This document shows positions 1-8,101 of a stretch of DNA of 64,000 bases, in pieces. Positions within the stretch are counted from its first letter, which is position 1. Each line of letters begins with the position of its first letter. The stretch is from Sulfuricella sp. (lineage in GTDB: Bacteria; Pseudomonadota; Gammaproteobacteria; Burkholderiales; Sulfuricellaceae): positions 22,345 through 86,344 of the forward strand of contig JBAZID010000011.1 of NCBI GenBank assembly GCA_041651995.1, in the 5' to 3' direction. Made by a program: the position numbers and the translations under genes. Under the pieces are notes generated by a model. That model had not been told where the DNA came from. It saw only the letters and a program-made list of their open reading frames with translations, and did no database searches.

Positions 1-349
1 CGGGCAGGTAGCCGAACTGCGCCGCGAGGGTGGGGCCGATCAGCGGGCCGGGGCCGGCGATGGCGGCAAAGTGGTGGCCGAACACGATCCAGCGGTTGGT
101 GGGAACGAAATCGCGCCCGTCGTCGAAGCGTTCCGCCGGGGTGGCGCGGGTTTCGTCCAGGGTGAGGACGGTGGCGGCAATCCAGGCGGCGTAGAAGCGG
201 TAAGCCAGGGCAAAGACGCAGGCGGCGGCGGTGATCAGCCAGATGGCGTTGATCGATTCGCCGCGGTTAAGGGCGATGCCGCTCAGGGCAAAGGCGCCCA
301 GAATGGCGACCAGCAGCCATCCCAGAGCGCGCACGGCAATATTGTTCAT
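1..349 (-). CDS. cstA: Carbon starvation protein A / peptide-pyruvate transporter, N-terminal part (runs off window)
   Basis: Manual translation from ATG at 349: MNNIAVRALGWLLVAILGAFALSGIALNRGESINAIWL...VFGHHFAAIAGPGPLIGPTLAAQFGYLP, the CstA signature. Confidence 0.9.
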   Translation of the reverse strand, partial: MNNIAVRALGWLLVAILGAFALSGIALNRGESINAIWLITAAACVFALAYRFYAAWIAATVLTLDETRATPAERFDDGRDFVPTNRWIVFGHHFAAIAGPGPLIGPTLAAQFGYLP

Positions 350-468
350 GCGGACAGTTTCCGGAACCAGACCAGGCGAATGATAGCAATAGCGTGGGCA
401 ACTTGGGAGCGCGTTGAGGGGGCGATCCATAGTAAAATCCGGAGAAACTGGGAAGGTAAGGAGTTTGC

Positions 469-1278
469 ATGGCTATGGATTTGCGCCGCTGGTTCGGTAT
501 GGGGGGCGTGCCGCCCCACGACAATCCACGCGCCTACGTCTGGGAGCATCGCCTGCACTGGATCATGGTGGTCGTCGCGCTGCTCGCCTTGCCAGCCTTT
601 TATCTGGAGGTGCTGCAAAGCAATGCGCCCCTGCAACACATCGGCTGGGAACTGGACATGTTCATTTTCCTGGCCTTCAGCCTTGAAACGACATGGATGC
701 TGTACCTGTGCCATGACTAGCTGGCTTATCTGAAATACAACTGGCTCAATGCCCTGATTATCGGCGCCTCAGGACTTGGCCTGGCCGGCCTGCCCAGCGA
801 TTGGCTGCCGCTGGTGCGTCTGTTGCGAATTGCCTACGTGGCCCTGGTCGTGGCGCGTCTGCTGACATCCGTGCGCACCCTGCTCTCCACCAACGCCATT
901 CCCTACGCGTTTATCCTCGGCATTATCGCCCTGACCGTCGCTGGTGCAGGATTCTACTGGCTGGAGCCGACGATACACAGCTTCGGCGAAGGCTTGTGGC
1001 TGGCCTTCATTACCGGCGCGACCGTGGGTTATGGAGATTTTGTTCCGACTTCCACACCCGCGCGCTTTTTGGCCGTAATCATGGTGATCGTCGGGTTTTC
1101 CGTGCTTTCTCTGGTCACCGCGAGCATTTCCGCCTTTTTCGTGGGCGAGGATGAAAAAAAGCTGCGCCACGAAATGCATCACGATATACAGGAACTGCGC
1201 AGGGAGATCGGGATGTTGCGCTCGGAGCTACAGTCGGGTGGCGCGGTTCAGGGCGCGACAAAAAAAGAAGCTGACTGA
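469..1278 (+). pseudogene. Voltage-gated-type K+ channel interrupted by in-frame TAG at 718-720
   Basis: ORFs 469-720 and 814-1278 share one frame; 721-813 reads LAYLKYNWLNALIIG...LPLVRLLR with no other stop; TVGYGD filter; C-terminal coiled-coil-like tail. Confidence 0.8.
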
Positions 1279-1338
1279 ACGACGTTTGTGTATCACCCCC
1301 TACATTGACTGGTGCGGCCAATTGGAGTCCCACCAATG

Positions 1339-1393
1339 ACGCCAACCCTGTGCTCAAGCGGGGTTGCGCAAAAGCGCGCCCCATACGTTCGAC
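1339..1393 (+). mobile_element. Degenerate integron attC-like site (L' box apparently deleted)
   Basis: acgccAAC-cctgt-GCTCAAGC-GGGGttGCGC-aaaa-GCGCgCCCC-atac-GTTcgac: R'', 5-bp spacer, L'', central palindrome, R'. Confidence 0.5.
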
Positions 1394-1418
1394 ATAGAGT
1401 AGCGATGCGAGCTAGAAT
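1389..1418 (+). promoter_or_regulatory. Sigma70-like promoter of the TA operon
   Basis: TCGACA (1389-1394) - 18 bp - TAGAAT (1413-1418). Confidence 0.55.
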
Positions 1419-1449
1419 TGCCTCGTTAGTTTTGAATGGAGTCCAGATC

Positions 1450-1677
1450 ATGAACACGCCACTCTTGCAGCAAGCTCGTGTGCTCGACATCGACGAGCAG
1501 ATCGAACTGGCTGAAGCCATCTGGGACGGTATCGTTAGTCGTGGTGCCGCGCCATCGTTGACCGAAGCGCAGAAAACGGAACTTGACCGACGCCTCGCAG
1601 ATCACCTGGCAAATCCAAACGATGTGGTTTCCTGGGGCGAAGTAAAAGCAGCCGCTCTTGCCAAAATCAGGCAATGA
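1450..1677 (+). CDS. Addiction module antitoxin (TIGR02574-like)
   Basis: MNTPLLQQARVLDIDEQIELAEAIWDGI...LTEAQKTELDRRLADHLANPNDVVSW; ATGA overlap with the toxin. Confidence 0.85.
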   Translation: MNTPLLQQARVLDIDEQIELAEAIWDGIVSRGAAPSLTEAQKTELDRRLADHLANPNDVVSWGEVKAAALAKIRQ

Positions 1678-2003
1678 GCCTGCCCGTCACTTTTCATCGT
1701 GCCGCCAGTGCAGAGTTCATCGAAGCAAGTGCGTGGTATGAGACCAAACGAGTTGGCCTTGCTCTTGACTTCATGACCGAGATTGACCGTTGCGTGTCGC
1801 TGGCATCTGAACACCCTCTCCAGTTTGCCGTTGTTCGTGAGGACATTCGGCGTGTTGTCGCCAATCATTTTCCGTACAGCGTTTATTTTCGTGCGGAGGA
1901 AAGCCGCATCGTTGTCTTGGCGGTATTTCATGGCAACAGAGACCCCTCCATTTGGCAAACCAGAACTATCCGAACTGCTGGCGAAGGAAGTGACAGAGCA
2001 TAA
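1674..2003 (+). CDS. RelE/ParE-family toxin
   Basis: FHRAASAEFIEASAWYE...FPYSVYF...IVVLAVFHGNRDP, typical ParE pattern. Confidence 0.85.
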   Translation: MSLPVTFHRAASAEFIEASAWYETKRVGLALDFMTEIDRCVSLASEHPLQFAVVREDIRRVVANHFPYSVYFRAEESRIVVLAVFHGNRDPSIWQTRTIRTAGEGSDRA

Positions 2004-2120
2004 TTCATCGTCACGGCCCCAGTGAACCATCTGTTTCATCGGGCGTTTGCCGTAATTGGATAAACCCTTGTCGGTCATGCTAAAATTCCCGTTTTTTCCA
2101 AAGCCGAGTGAAAGGCCACC

Positions 2121-3368
2121 ATGTTCAGCGCAAAAAATACCCTTGCAAAGGATGATCCCGATCTGTGGAAGGCGATCGAGCAGGAACGCCAGCGCCAGGA
2201 AGACCACATCGAACTGATTGCCTCCGAAAACTACACCAGCCCGGCGGTGATGGAAGCACAGGGCTCGGTGCTGACCAACAAGTACGCCGAGGGTTACCCC
2301 GGCAAGCGCTACTACGGCGGTTGCGAGTATGTCGACATTGCCGAGCAGCTTGCGATTGATCGCGTCAAGAAACTGTTCGGCGCCGAGGCAGCCAACGTGC
2401 AGCCCAACTCCGGCTCCCAGGCTAATCAGGCCGTATTCATGGCTTTCCTCAAACCCGGCGACACCATCATGGGCATGAGCCTGGCCGAGGGCGGTCACCT
2501 TACCCACGGCATGGCGCTCAACATGAGCGGCAAGTGGTTCAATGTCGTCGCCTATGGCATGAACGAAAAGGAAGAAATCGACTACGACCGCATGGAAGCG
2601 CTGGCGCATGAGCACAAGCCGAAACTGATCATCGCCGGCGCATCGGCTTATTCACTGAAGATCGACTTCGAACGTTTCGCCAAGGTGGCCAAGACTGTTG
2701 GTGCAATTTTCATGGTGGATATGGCGCACTATGCAGGGCTGATCGCCGCCGGCGTTTACCCCAACCCGGTGCCGCATGCCGACGTGGTCACTTCCACCAC
2801 CCACAAGACACTGCGGGGCCCGAGGGGCGGCATTATCCTGATGAAGGCGGAGCACGAAAAAGCCATCAACTCGGCCATTTTCCCCGGCTTGCAGGGCGGG
2901 CCGCTGATGCACGTCATCGCCGGCAAGGCGGTGGCTTTCCGCGAGGCCATGGGCAAGGACTTCAAGCATTACCAGGAGCAGGTGCTCGCCAATGCGCTGG
3001 TGATGTGCAAGGTGCTTACCGAACGTGGCTTGCGCATCATCTCGGGCCGCACCGAGTCCCATGTTTTCCTGGTCGATCTGCGTGCCATGAAGCTGACTGG
3101 CAAGGAAGCCGAAGCTGCGCTGGGCAAGGCACACATCACGGTAAACAAGAATGCCATCCCCAACGACCCGGAAAAACCTTTCGTCACCAGCGGCATCCGC
3201 CTCGGCACCCCGGCCATGACCACGCGCGGCTTCAGGGAGATCGAAGCCGAGCATCTGGCCAATCTGATCGCCGATGTGCTGGCCGCCCCCACCGATGAAG
3301 CCGTGCTGTCACGCGTGGCCAGCGAAGCCAAGGCGATGTGCGCGAAGTTTCCGGTGTATGGCGCTTGA
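2121..3368 (+). CDS. glyA: Serine hydroxymethyltransferase
   Basis: [23 protein letters not shown] and [12 protein letters not shown] motifs. Confidence 0.98.
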   Translation: MFSAKNTLAKDDPDLWKAIEQERQRQEDHIELIASENYTSPAVMEAQGSVLTNKYAEGYPGKRYYGGCEYVDIAEQLAIDRVKKLFGAEAANVQPNSGSQANQAVFMAFLKPGDTIMGMSLAEGGHLTHGMALNMSGKWFNVVAYGMNEKEEIDYDRMEALAHEHKPKLIIAGASAYSLKIDFERFAKVAKTVGAIFMVDMAHYAGLIAAGVYPNPVPHADVVTSTTHKTLRGPRGGIILMKAEHEKAINSAIFPGLQGGPLMHVIAGKAVAFREAMGKDFKHYQEQVLANALVMCKVLTERGLRIISGRTESHVFLVDLRAMKLTGKEAEAALGKAHITVNKNAIPNDPEKPFVTSGIRLGTPAMTTRGFREIEAEHLANLIADVLAAPTDEAVLSRVASEAKAMCAKFPVYGA

Positions 3369-3372
3369 CGAG

Positions 3373-3434
3373 ATAGGCGTGGGGTGTGAGGAGGCTGGGG
3401 TTTACTCCTCACTCCTCACCCCTCACTCCTCACC
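3373..3434. repeat. Heptamer (C[C/T]CCTCA)n inverted-array element, short copy
   Basis: gtgtgaggag...ggggtttac-(ctcctca/cccctca)x4 between glyA and nrdR. Confidence 0.75.
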
Positions 3435-3440
3435 CGCTCA

Positions 3441-3890
3441 ATGAAATGCCCCTTCTGCGGCGAAGCCGATACCCAGGTCATTGATTCGCGCATCAGCGAG
3501 GAAGGCGTCAGCGTGCGCCGCCGCCGTCGTTGCACGAGCTGCGAGAAGCGTTTTACCACCTACGAAACAGCGGAGCTCAGGATGCCGGCGGTGGTGAAGC
3601 AGAATGGCAGCCGCGAGGAGTTCAGCCGCGAGAAGATCCGCACCAGCTTCATGCGCGCCCTCAACAAGCGTCCGGTTTCCACCAGTCTGGTGGATGGTGC
3701 CATCCAGCATATCGAGCAGAAAATGCTCAGCCTGGGTGAGCGCGAAATCCCTTCCCTGAAGGTGGGTGAAATGGTGATGAACGAACTGCGCAAGCTCGAC
3801 AAGGTGGCCTATATCCGCTTTGCCTCGGTGTATCGCAGCTTCGAGGACGTGGACGACTTCCGCGACGTGATCAAGGACCTGGACAAATAG
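3441..3890 (+). CDS. nrdR: Transcriptional repressor NrdR
   Basis: MKCPFC...[19 protein letters not shown] cone, YIRFASVY. Confidence 0.97.
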   Translation: MKCPFCGEADTQVIDSRISEEGVSVRRRRRCTSCEKRFTTYETAELRMPAVVKQNGSREEFSREKIRTSFMRALNKRPVSTSLVDGAIQHIEQKMLSLGEREIPSLKVGEMVMNELRKLDKVAYIRFASVYRSFEDVDDFRDVIKDLDK

Positions 3891-3895
3891 CTTCC

Positions 3896-5056
3896 GTGTT
3901 TTCCGCCGCCGACCATGCTTATATGGCCCAGTCACTGCAGTTGGCGCAGCAGGGGCTTTACACCACCACGCCCAATCCGCGCGTGGGATGCGTGATCGTG
4001 CAAGGCGGCAAGGTAGTGGGGGAAGGCTGGCACGAGCGCGCGGGCGAGCCGCACGCCGAAGTCCATGCCCTGAAACGGGCCGGAGAAGCCGCGCGGGGCG
4101 CGACGGTGTATGTCACGCTTGAGCCGTGCAGCCATTACGGCCGTACCCCGCCCTGCGCGGAGGCGCTGATCAGGGCGGGCGCGGGACGGGTGGTGGTGGC
4201 GATGCGCGACCCCAACCCCATGGTGTCCGGGCAGGGCATCGCCATGCTGGAACTGGCGGGGATTCCCACCGCCTGCGGGCTGCTGGAAAACGAGGCGCGC
4301 GAACTGAATGCCGGTTTCATCTCGCGCATGGAGCGTGGCCGGCCCTGGCTGCGGCTCAAGGTGGCCGCCACGCTGGACGGCAAGACGGCGCTGAATAACG
4401 GCGTCAGCCAATGGATCACCGGGCCGGATGCGCGGCGCGATGCGCACCGCCTGCGCGCCCGTTCCTGCGCCATGCTGACCGGGATCGGCACGGTGCTGGC
4501 GGACGACCCCGCGCTCAATGTGCGCGAGGTCGAGACTTCGCGCCAGCCGCTCAAGGTGGTGGTGGACGCCGGACTGCGCATGCCGCCGAACGCGAAGATT
4601 TTGCAGGGCGCGAAAACGCTGGTCGTGACCGGTTGCGCAGACGAGGCTCTGATCCGGCCCTTGCAGGATGCCGGCGCCGAGGTGCTGGTGCTGCCGGCGC
4701 AGCAGGGCCGGATCGACCTGGTGCAACTGCTGCGCGAACTGGGCAGGCGGGGCTGCAACGAAGTGACTGCGGAAGCGGGCAAGGGGCTCAACGGTGCGCT
4801 GCTGCAGGCCGGTGTGGTGGATGAGCTGGTGATGTATCTGGCGCCCATGCTGTTTGGCGACAAGGCACAGGGCATGTTCGGCCTGCCGGAAATCGGGGCG
4901 ATGGAGCAGCGCCTGGAACTGGACCTCAGGGATGTACGCATGCTCGGGTGCGATATGCGCGTTACGGCGCGTTTGACGGCCAAGGCCGTTCCCCTCTCTC
5001 CTAACTCTCTCCCAGAGGGAGAGAGGGACGCTGTATCGCTGCGCGAGTTTTATTAA
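3896..5056 (+). CDS. ribD: Bifunctional riboflavin deaminase/reductase with repeat-derived C-terminal tail
   Basis: PNPRVGCV, HAEVHAL, TLEPCSHYGRTPPC motifs; GTG start. Confidence 0.96.
   Translation: MFSAADHAYMAQSLQLAQQGLYTTTPNPRVGCVIVQGGKVVGEGWHERAGEPHAEVHALKRAGEAARGATVYVTLEPCSHYGRTPPCAEALIRAGAGRVVVAMRDPNPMVSGQGIAMLELAGIPTACGLLENEARELNAGFISRMERGRPWLRLKVAATLDGKTALNNGVSQWITGPDARRDAHRLRARSCAMLTGIGTVLADDPALNVREVETSRQPLKVVVDAGLRMPPNAKILQGAKTLVVTGCADEALIRPLQDAGAEVLVLPAQQGRIDLVQLLRELGRRGCNEVTAEAGKGLNGALLQAGVVDELVMYLAPMLFGDKAQGMFGLPEIGAMEQRLELDLRDVRMLGCDMRVTARLTAKAVPLSPNSLPEGERDAVSLREFY
4990..5056. repeat. CTCTCTCCC/GGGAGAGAG palindromic element within the ribD 3' end
   Basis: Perfect 9-bp stem 5005-5013/5017-5025 plus a second CCCCTCTCTCC arm at 4991. 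Confidence 0.65.
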
Positions 5057-5068
5057 GGAAAAATCATA

Positions 5069-5665
5069 ATGTTTACCGGCATCATTCAGGCGGTGGGGAA
5101 AATCACCGCCATCGAACCCTTGCAGCAGGGCGTGCGCCTCTCCATCGACGCGGGCGGCCTGGATATGAGCGACGTGGCGCTGGGCGACAGCATCGCAGCC
5201 AACGGTGTATGCCTGACGGTGATCGAGAAAACCGCCAATGGCTACCAGGTCGATGTCTCGCGCGAAACGCTGAACTGCACCGCAGGGCTGGGCGAGCCCG
5301 GCGAAGTCAACCTGGAAAAGGCGCTGCGCCTGTCCGACCGGCTGGGCGGGCACCTGGTGAGCGGCCACGTGGATGGCGTGGGCGAAGTGGTGAAGTTCGC
5401 GCCAGTGGGCGAGTCGCACGAACTGGTGATCCGCGCCCCCAAAGCCCTGGCACGCTATATCGCCCACAAGGGCTCGATCACGGTCAACGGGGTGAGCCTG
5501 ACGGTCAACTGGGTGAAAGACGAGGACTTCAGCATCAACCTGATTCCCCACACCATTCAAGCCACCAATTTCAAACATCTGCGCGCCGGCAAACCGGTCA
5601 ACCTGGAAGTCGACCTGGTGGCGCGCTATCTGGAACGCATGCTGAGTTACGGCAAGGACGAATAA
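5069..5665 (+). CDS. ribE: Riboflavin synthase (alpha chain; ribC in E. coli naming)
   Basis: MFTGII start, GDSIAANGVCLTV, GGHLVSGHVDG. Confidence 0.97.
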   Translation: MFTGIIQAVGKITAIEPLQQGVRLSIDAGGLDMSDVALGDSIAANGVCLTVIEKTANGYQVDVSRETLNCTAGLGEPGEVNLEKALRLSDRLGGHLVSGHVDGVGEVVKFAPVGESHELVIRAPKALARYIAHKGSITVNGVSLTVNWVKDEDFSINLIPHTIQATNFKHLRAGKPVNLEVDLVARYLERMLSYGKDE

Positions 5666-5823
5666 ACCTGGAAAAATCAGTTAACCACGGGGCACACAGG
5701 GTACACAGGGTAAAATCGAGGACTATGAAGTATTGGGTAAATATTCGTTATGAGAACGGATTCCCAGGCTCAAACGCTCTTGCCTTCCCCGTGATCCCCG
5801 TGGTTAAGATTTAGTTTTAAGGA
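5666..5823. mobile_element. MITE-like element family A (TIR about ACCTAGAAA; inner TTAACCACGGGG arms), TAA target duplication
   Basis: TAA(5663-65)|ACCTGGAAA...TTAACCACGGGG...CCCCGTGGTTAA...TTTTAAGGA|TAA(5824-26). Confidence 0.75.
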
Positions 5824-5830
5824 TAAATAT

Positions 5831-6931
5831 ATGAATATAAGCCCGATACAAGACATAATCGCCGACTTCAAAATCGGCAAGATGGTCGTCCTGGTGGACG
5901 AGGAAGACCGCGAGAACGAGGGCGACCTGGTGCTGGCGGCCGAATTCGTCACCCCGGAAGCCATCAATTTCATGGCCAGGCATGGCCGTGGCCTGATCTG
6001 CCTGACCCTGACCGAGGCGCGCTGCCGCCAGCTCGACCTGCCGCTCATGGTGTCGAGCAACAAGGCGCCGCTGGGCACCAATTTCACCGTTTCAATCGAG
6101 GCGGCGGAAGGCGTAACCACGGGCATCTCCGCCGCCGACCGCGCCAAGACCGTGCTGGCGGCGGTGAAGAAGGATGCAAGCGTGAATGACATCGTGCAGC
6201 CCGGACACATTTTTCCGCTCAAGGCGCAGAATGGCGGCGTGCTGGTGCGTGCCGGGCATACCGAGGCGGGCTGTGATCTGGCTGCGCTGGCCGGGCTGGA
6301 ACCAGCCGCGGTGATTTGCGAGATTCTCAAGGAAGACGGCGAAATGGCTCGTCTGCCCGACCTGCTGGAATATGCCAAAAAACATGATCTCAAGATCGGT
6401 ACCATCGCCGACCTGATTCACTACCGCAGCCAGACCGAAAGCCTGGTGGAGCGCGTGGCGGAGAAAGCCGTGCAGACAGCCTACGGTGAATTCCAGTTGG
6501 TCACCTATCACGACAAGACCGCCAACGAAGTGCATCTGGCGCTGGTGAAAGGCGAGATCAAGGCTGGAGAGGAAACCCTGGTGCGCGTGCATGAGCCGCT
6601 GTCGGTGATGGATTTTATCGACACCACCAGTTTCGAGCATTCCTTCAGCGTGCACCAGGCAATGCAGGCCGTGGCCGATGCGGGCAAGGGCGTGATCGTG
6701 CTGATGCGGCGCGGCGGTGAGTCCCCTGCCAGCCTGCTGGCGCGCATCCAGCGCAGCGAACCCAAAGCCCCTGCCAAGGTGGATTTGCGCAATTATGGTA
6801 TCGGCGCACAGATCCTGCGCGACCTCAATGTCACCAAAATGCGTCTGCTCTCGCTGCCGCGCAAGATGCCGAGCATGACGGGCTTCGACCTGGAAGTGAC
6901 TGGCTATTACGAACCGAAACAGGAAAACTGA
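5831..6931 (+). CDS. ribBA: DHBP synthase fused to a degenerate GTP cyclohydrolase II domain (RibBX type)
   Basis: [18 protein letters not shown]; C-domain [10 protein letters not shown] lacks the zinc cysteines. Confidence 0.93.
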   Translation: MNISPIQDIIADFKIGKMVVLVDEEDRENEGDLVLAAEFVTPEAINFMARHGRGLICLTLTEARCRQLDLPLMVSSNKAPLGTNFTVSIEAAEGVTTGISAADRAKTVLAAVKKDASVNDIVQPGHIFPLKAQNGGVLVRAGHTEAGCDLAALAGLEPAAVICEILKEDGEMARLPDLLEYAKKHDLKIGTIADLIHYRSQTESLVERVAEKAVQTAYGEFQLVTYHDKTANEVHLALVKGEIKAGEETLVRVHEPLSVMDFIDTTSFEHSFSVHQAMQAVADAGKGVIVLMRRGGESPASLLARIQRSEPKAPAKVDLRNYGIGAQILRDLNVTKMRLLSLPRKMPSMTGFDLEVTGYYEPKQEN

Positions 6932-6933
6932 TA

Positions 6934-7401
6934 ATGGGAATTTCCAACAAACTGCCTGAATTCCATCCCGACCTGAACGGTGCCGGCCTGAAAATCGGCA
7001 TCGCCATGAGCCGCTTCAATATCGACGTGTGCGAGGGGTTGCTGGGCGCCTGCGTGACCGAGTTGCTCAAGCTGGGCGTGGCCAAGGAAGATATTTACCT
7101 GGCGAGCGTGCCCGGTGCGCTGGAAATTCCGCTGGCGCTGCAAAAGATGGCGAAAAGCGGCAAATTCGACGCGTTGGTGGCCCTTGGCGCGATCATTCGC
7201 GGCGAGACCTACCACTTTGAATTGGTGGCCAACGAATCCGGCAGCGGCGTGACCCGCATTATGCTGGACAGCGGCATGCCCATCGCCAACGTTATCCTGA
7301 CTGTGGAAAACGAGGAACAGGCCTTGGCCCGCATGGCGGAAAAAGGCGCCGATTCGGCGCGGGTGGTGGTTGAGATGGTTAATCTGCTGAAGAAAATTTA
7401 A
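6934..7401 (+). CDS. ribH: 6,7-dimethyl-8-ribityllumazine synthase
   Basis: [22 protein letters not shown]. Confidence 0.97.
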   Translation: MGISNKLPEFHPDLNGAGLKIGIAMSRFNIDVCEGLLGACVTELLKLGVAKEDIYLASVPGALEIPLALQKMAKSGKFDALVALGAIIRGETYHFELVANESGSGVTRIMLDSGMPIANVILTVENEEQALARMAEKGADSARVVVEMVNLLKKI

Positions 7402-7412
7402 ATAGGCTCTAC

Positions 7413-7847
7413 ATGAAAAAAAACCGCCGCAAAGCGCGCGAACTCGCTGTTCAGGGGCTTTACCAGCGCCAGCTTACTGGCGACGCAGTGGAAACAATCG
7501 AAGCTCAGCTGCGCGAGCACGAAGAATTCGAAAAGATCGATGGGGAACATTTTTCCGCCATACTCCATGGCGCAATCAAGGATGTGACCAATCTGGAAAG
7601 CAAGCTCCAGCCCTGCCTCGACCGGCCCATGGAAAGCCTGAGCCCGGTTGAGCGCGCCGTCCTGCTGGTGGCGACCTACGAGTTCGTGCATCACCTGGAA
7701 ATCCCCTACCGCGTGGTGATCAACGAAGCCATCGAACTGGCCAAGTGTTTTGGCGGAACGGATGGTTACAAGTACGTCAACGGCGTGCTCGACAAGCTGG
7801 CTGCCAGCGAGCGGGCCAGCGAGGTCAACGCGGCAAAGGTAAAGTAA
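7413..7847 (+). CDS. nusB: Transcription antitermination factor NusB
   Basis: [31 protein letters not shown]. Confidence 0.97.
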   Translation: MKKNRRKARELAVQGLYQRQLTGDAVETIEAQLREHEEFEKIDGEHFSAILHGAIKDVTNLESKLQPCLDRPMESLSPVERAVLLVATYEFVHHLEIPYRVVINEAIELAKCFGGTDGYKYVNGVLDKLAASERASEVNAAKVK

Positions 7848-7912
7848 GCAACCCCCGAATTAATACCGGACCTGCAATTCCGGTTTAATCTTCCGCCTTG
7901 CTCTGGCTATAA

Positions 7913-8090
7913 TCCCGGATTGTTTATTGGAATGCATGTGCGGTAGGAGCGCCGCCCCCGGCGCGAATGTAAGCAAAAATCGCGGCGAGGGCGCCGCTCC
8001 CACGGCGGTGTTTTGGCGCCAGGAATCCCAGTGGGGAGATGACGGGACTGTGAAATAAATCAGCGTCTCCCTAATGGAGATAATCCGGGA
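7913..8090. mobile_element. MITE-like element family B (TIR WCCCGGATTRTCCATT) enclosing a GTAG-type REP doublet; TAA target duplication
   Basis: TAA|TCCCGGATTGT...ATAATCCGGGA|TAA; REPs at 7943-7966 and 7980-8003. Confidence 0.8.
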
Positions 8091-8101
8091 TAATCAGACT
8101 C

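Noticed and set aside
718-720. Genome-wide amber recoding or pyrrolysine as the explanation for the channel stop
   Set aside because: TAG terminates nrdR, cyaY, argH and rpoB at their expected ends, and no pyl genes are in the window.
2004-2120. ZTP riboswitch before glyA, FMN riboswitch before the rib genes, or M-box before mgtE
   Set aside because: The conserved motifs were not recognised and the spacers are short or filled by repeats; an Rfam scan would be decisive.
3932-5578. Long opposite-strand ORFs in the track (also 13389-15137, 22729-24099, 40473-41984, 42669-44144, 56640-57860)
   Set aside because: They are shadows of well-conserved genes in GC-rich DNA, with no recognisable motifs or start context.
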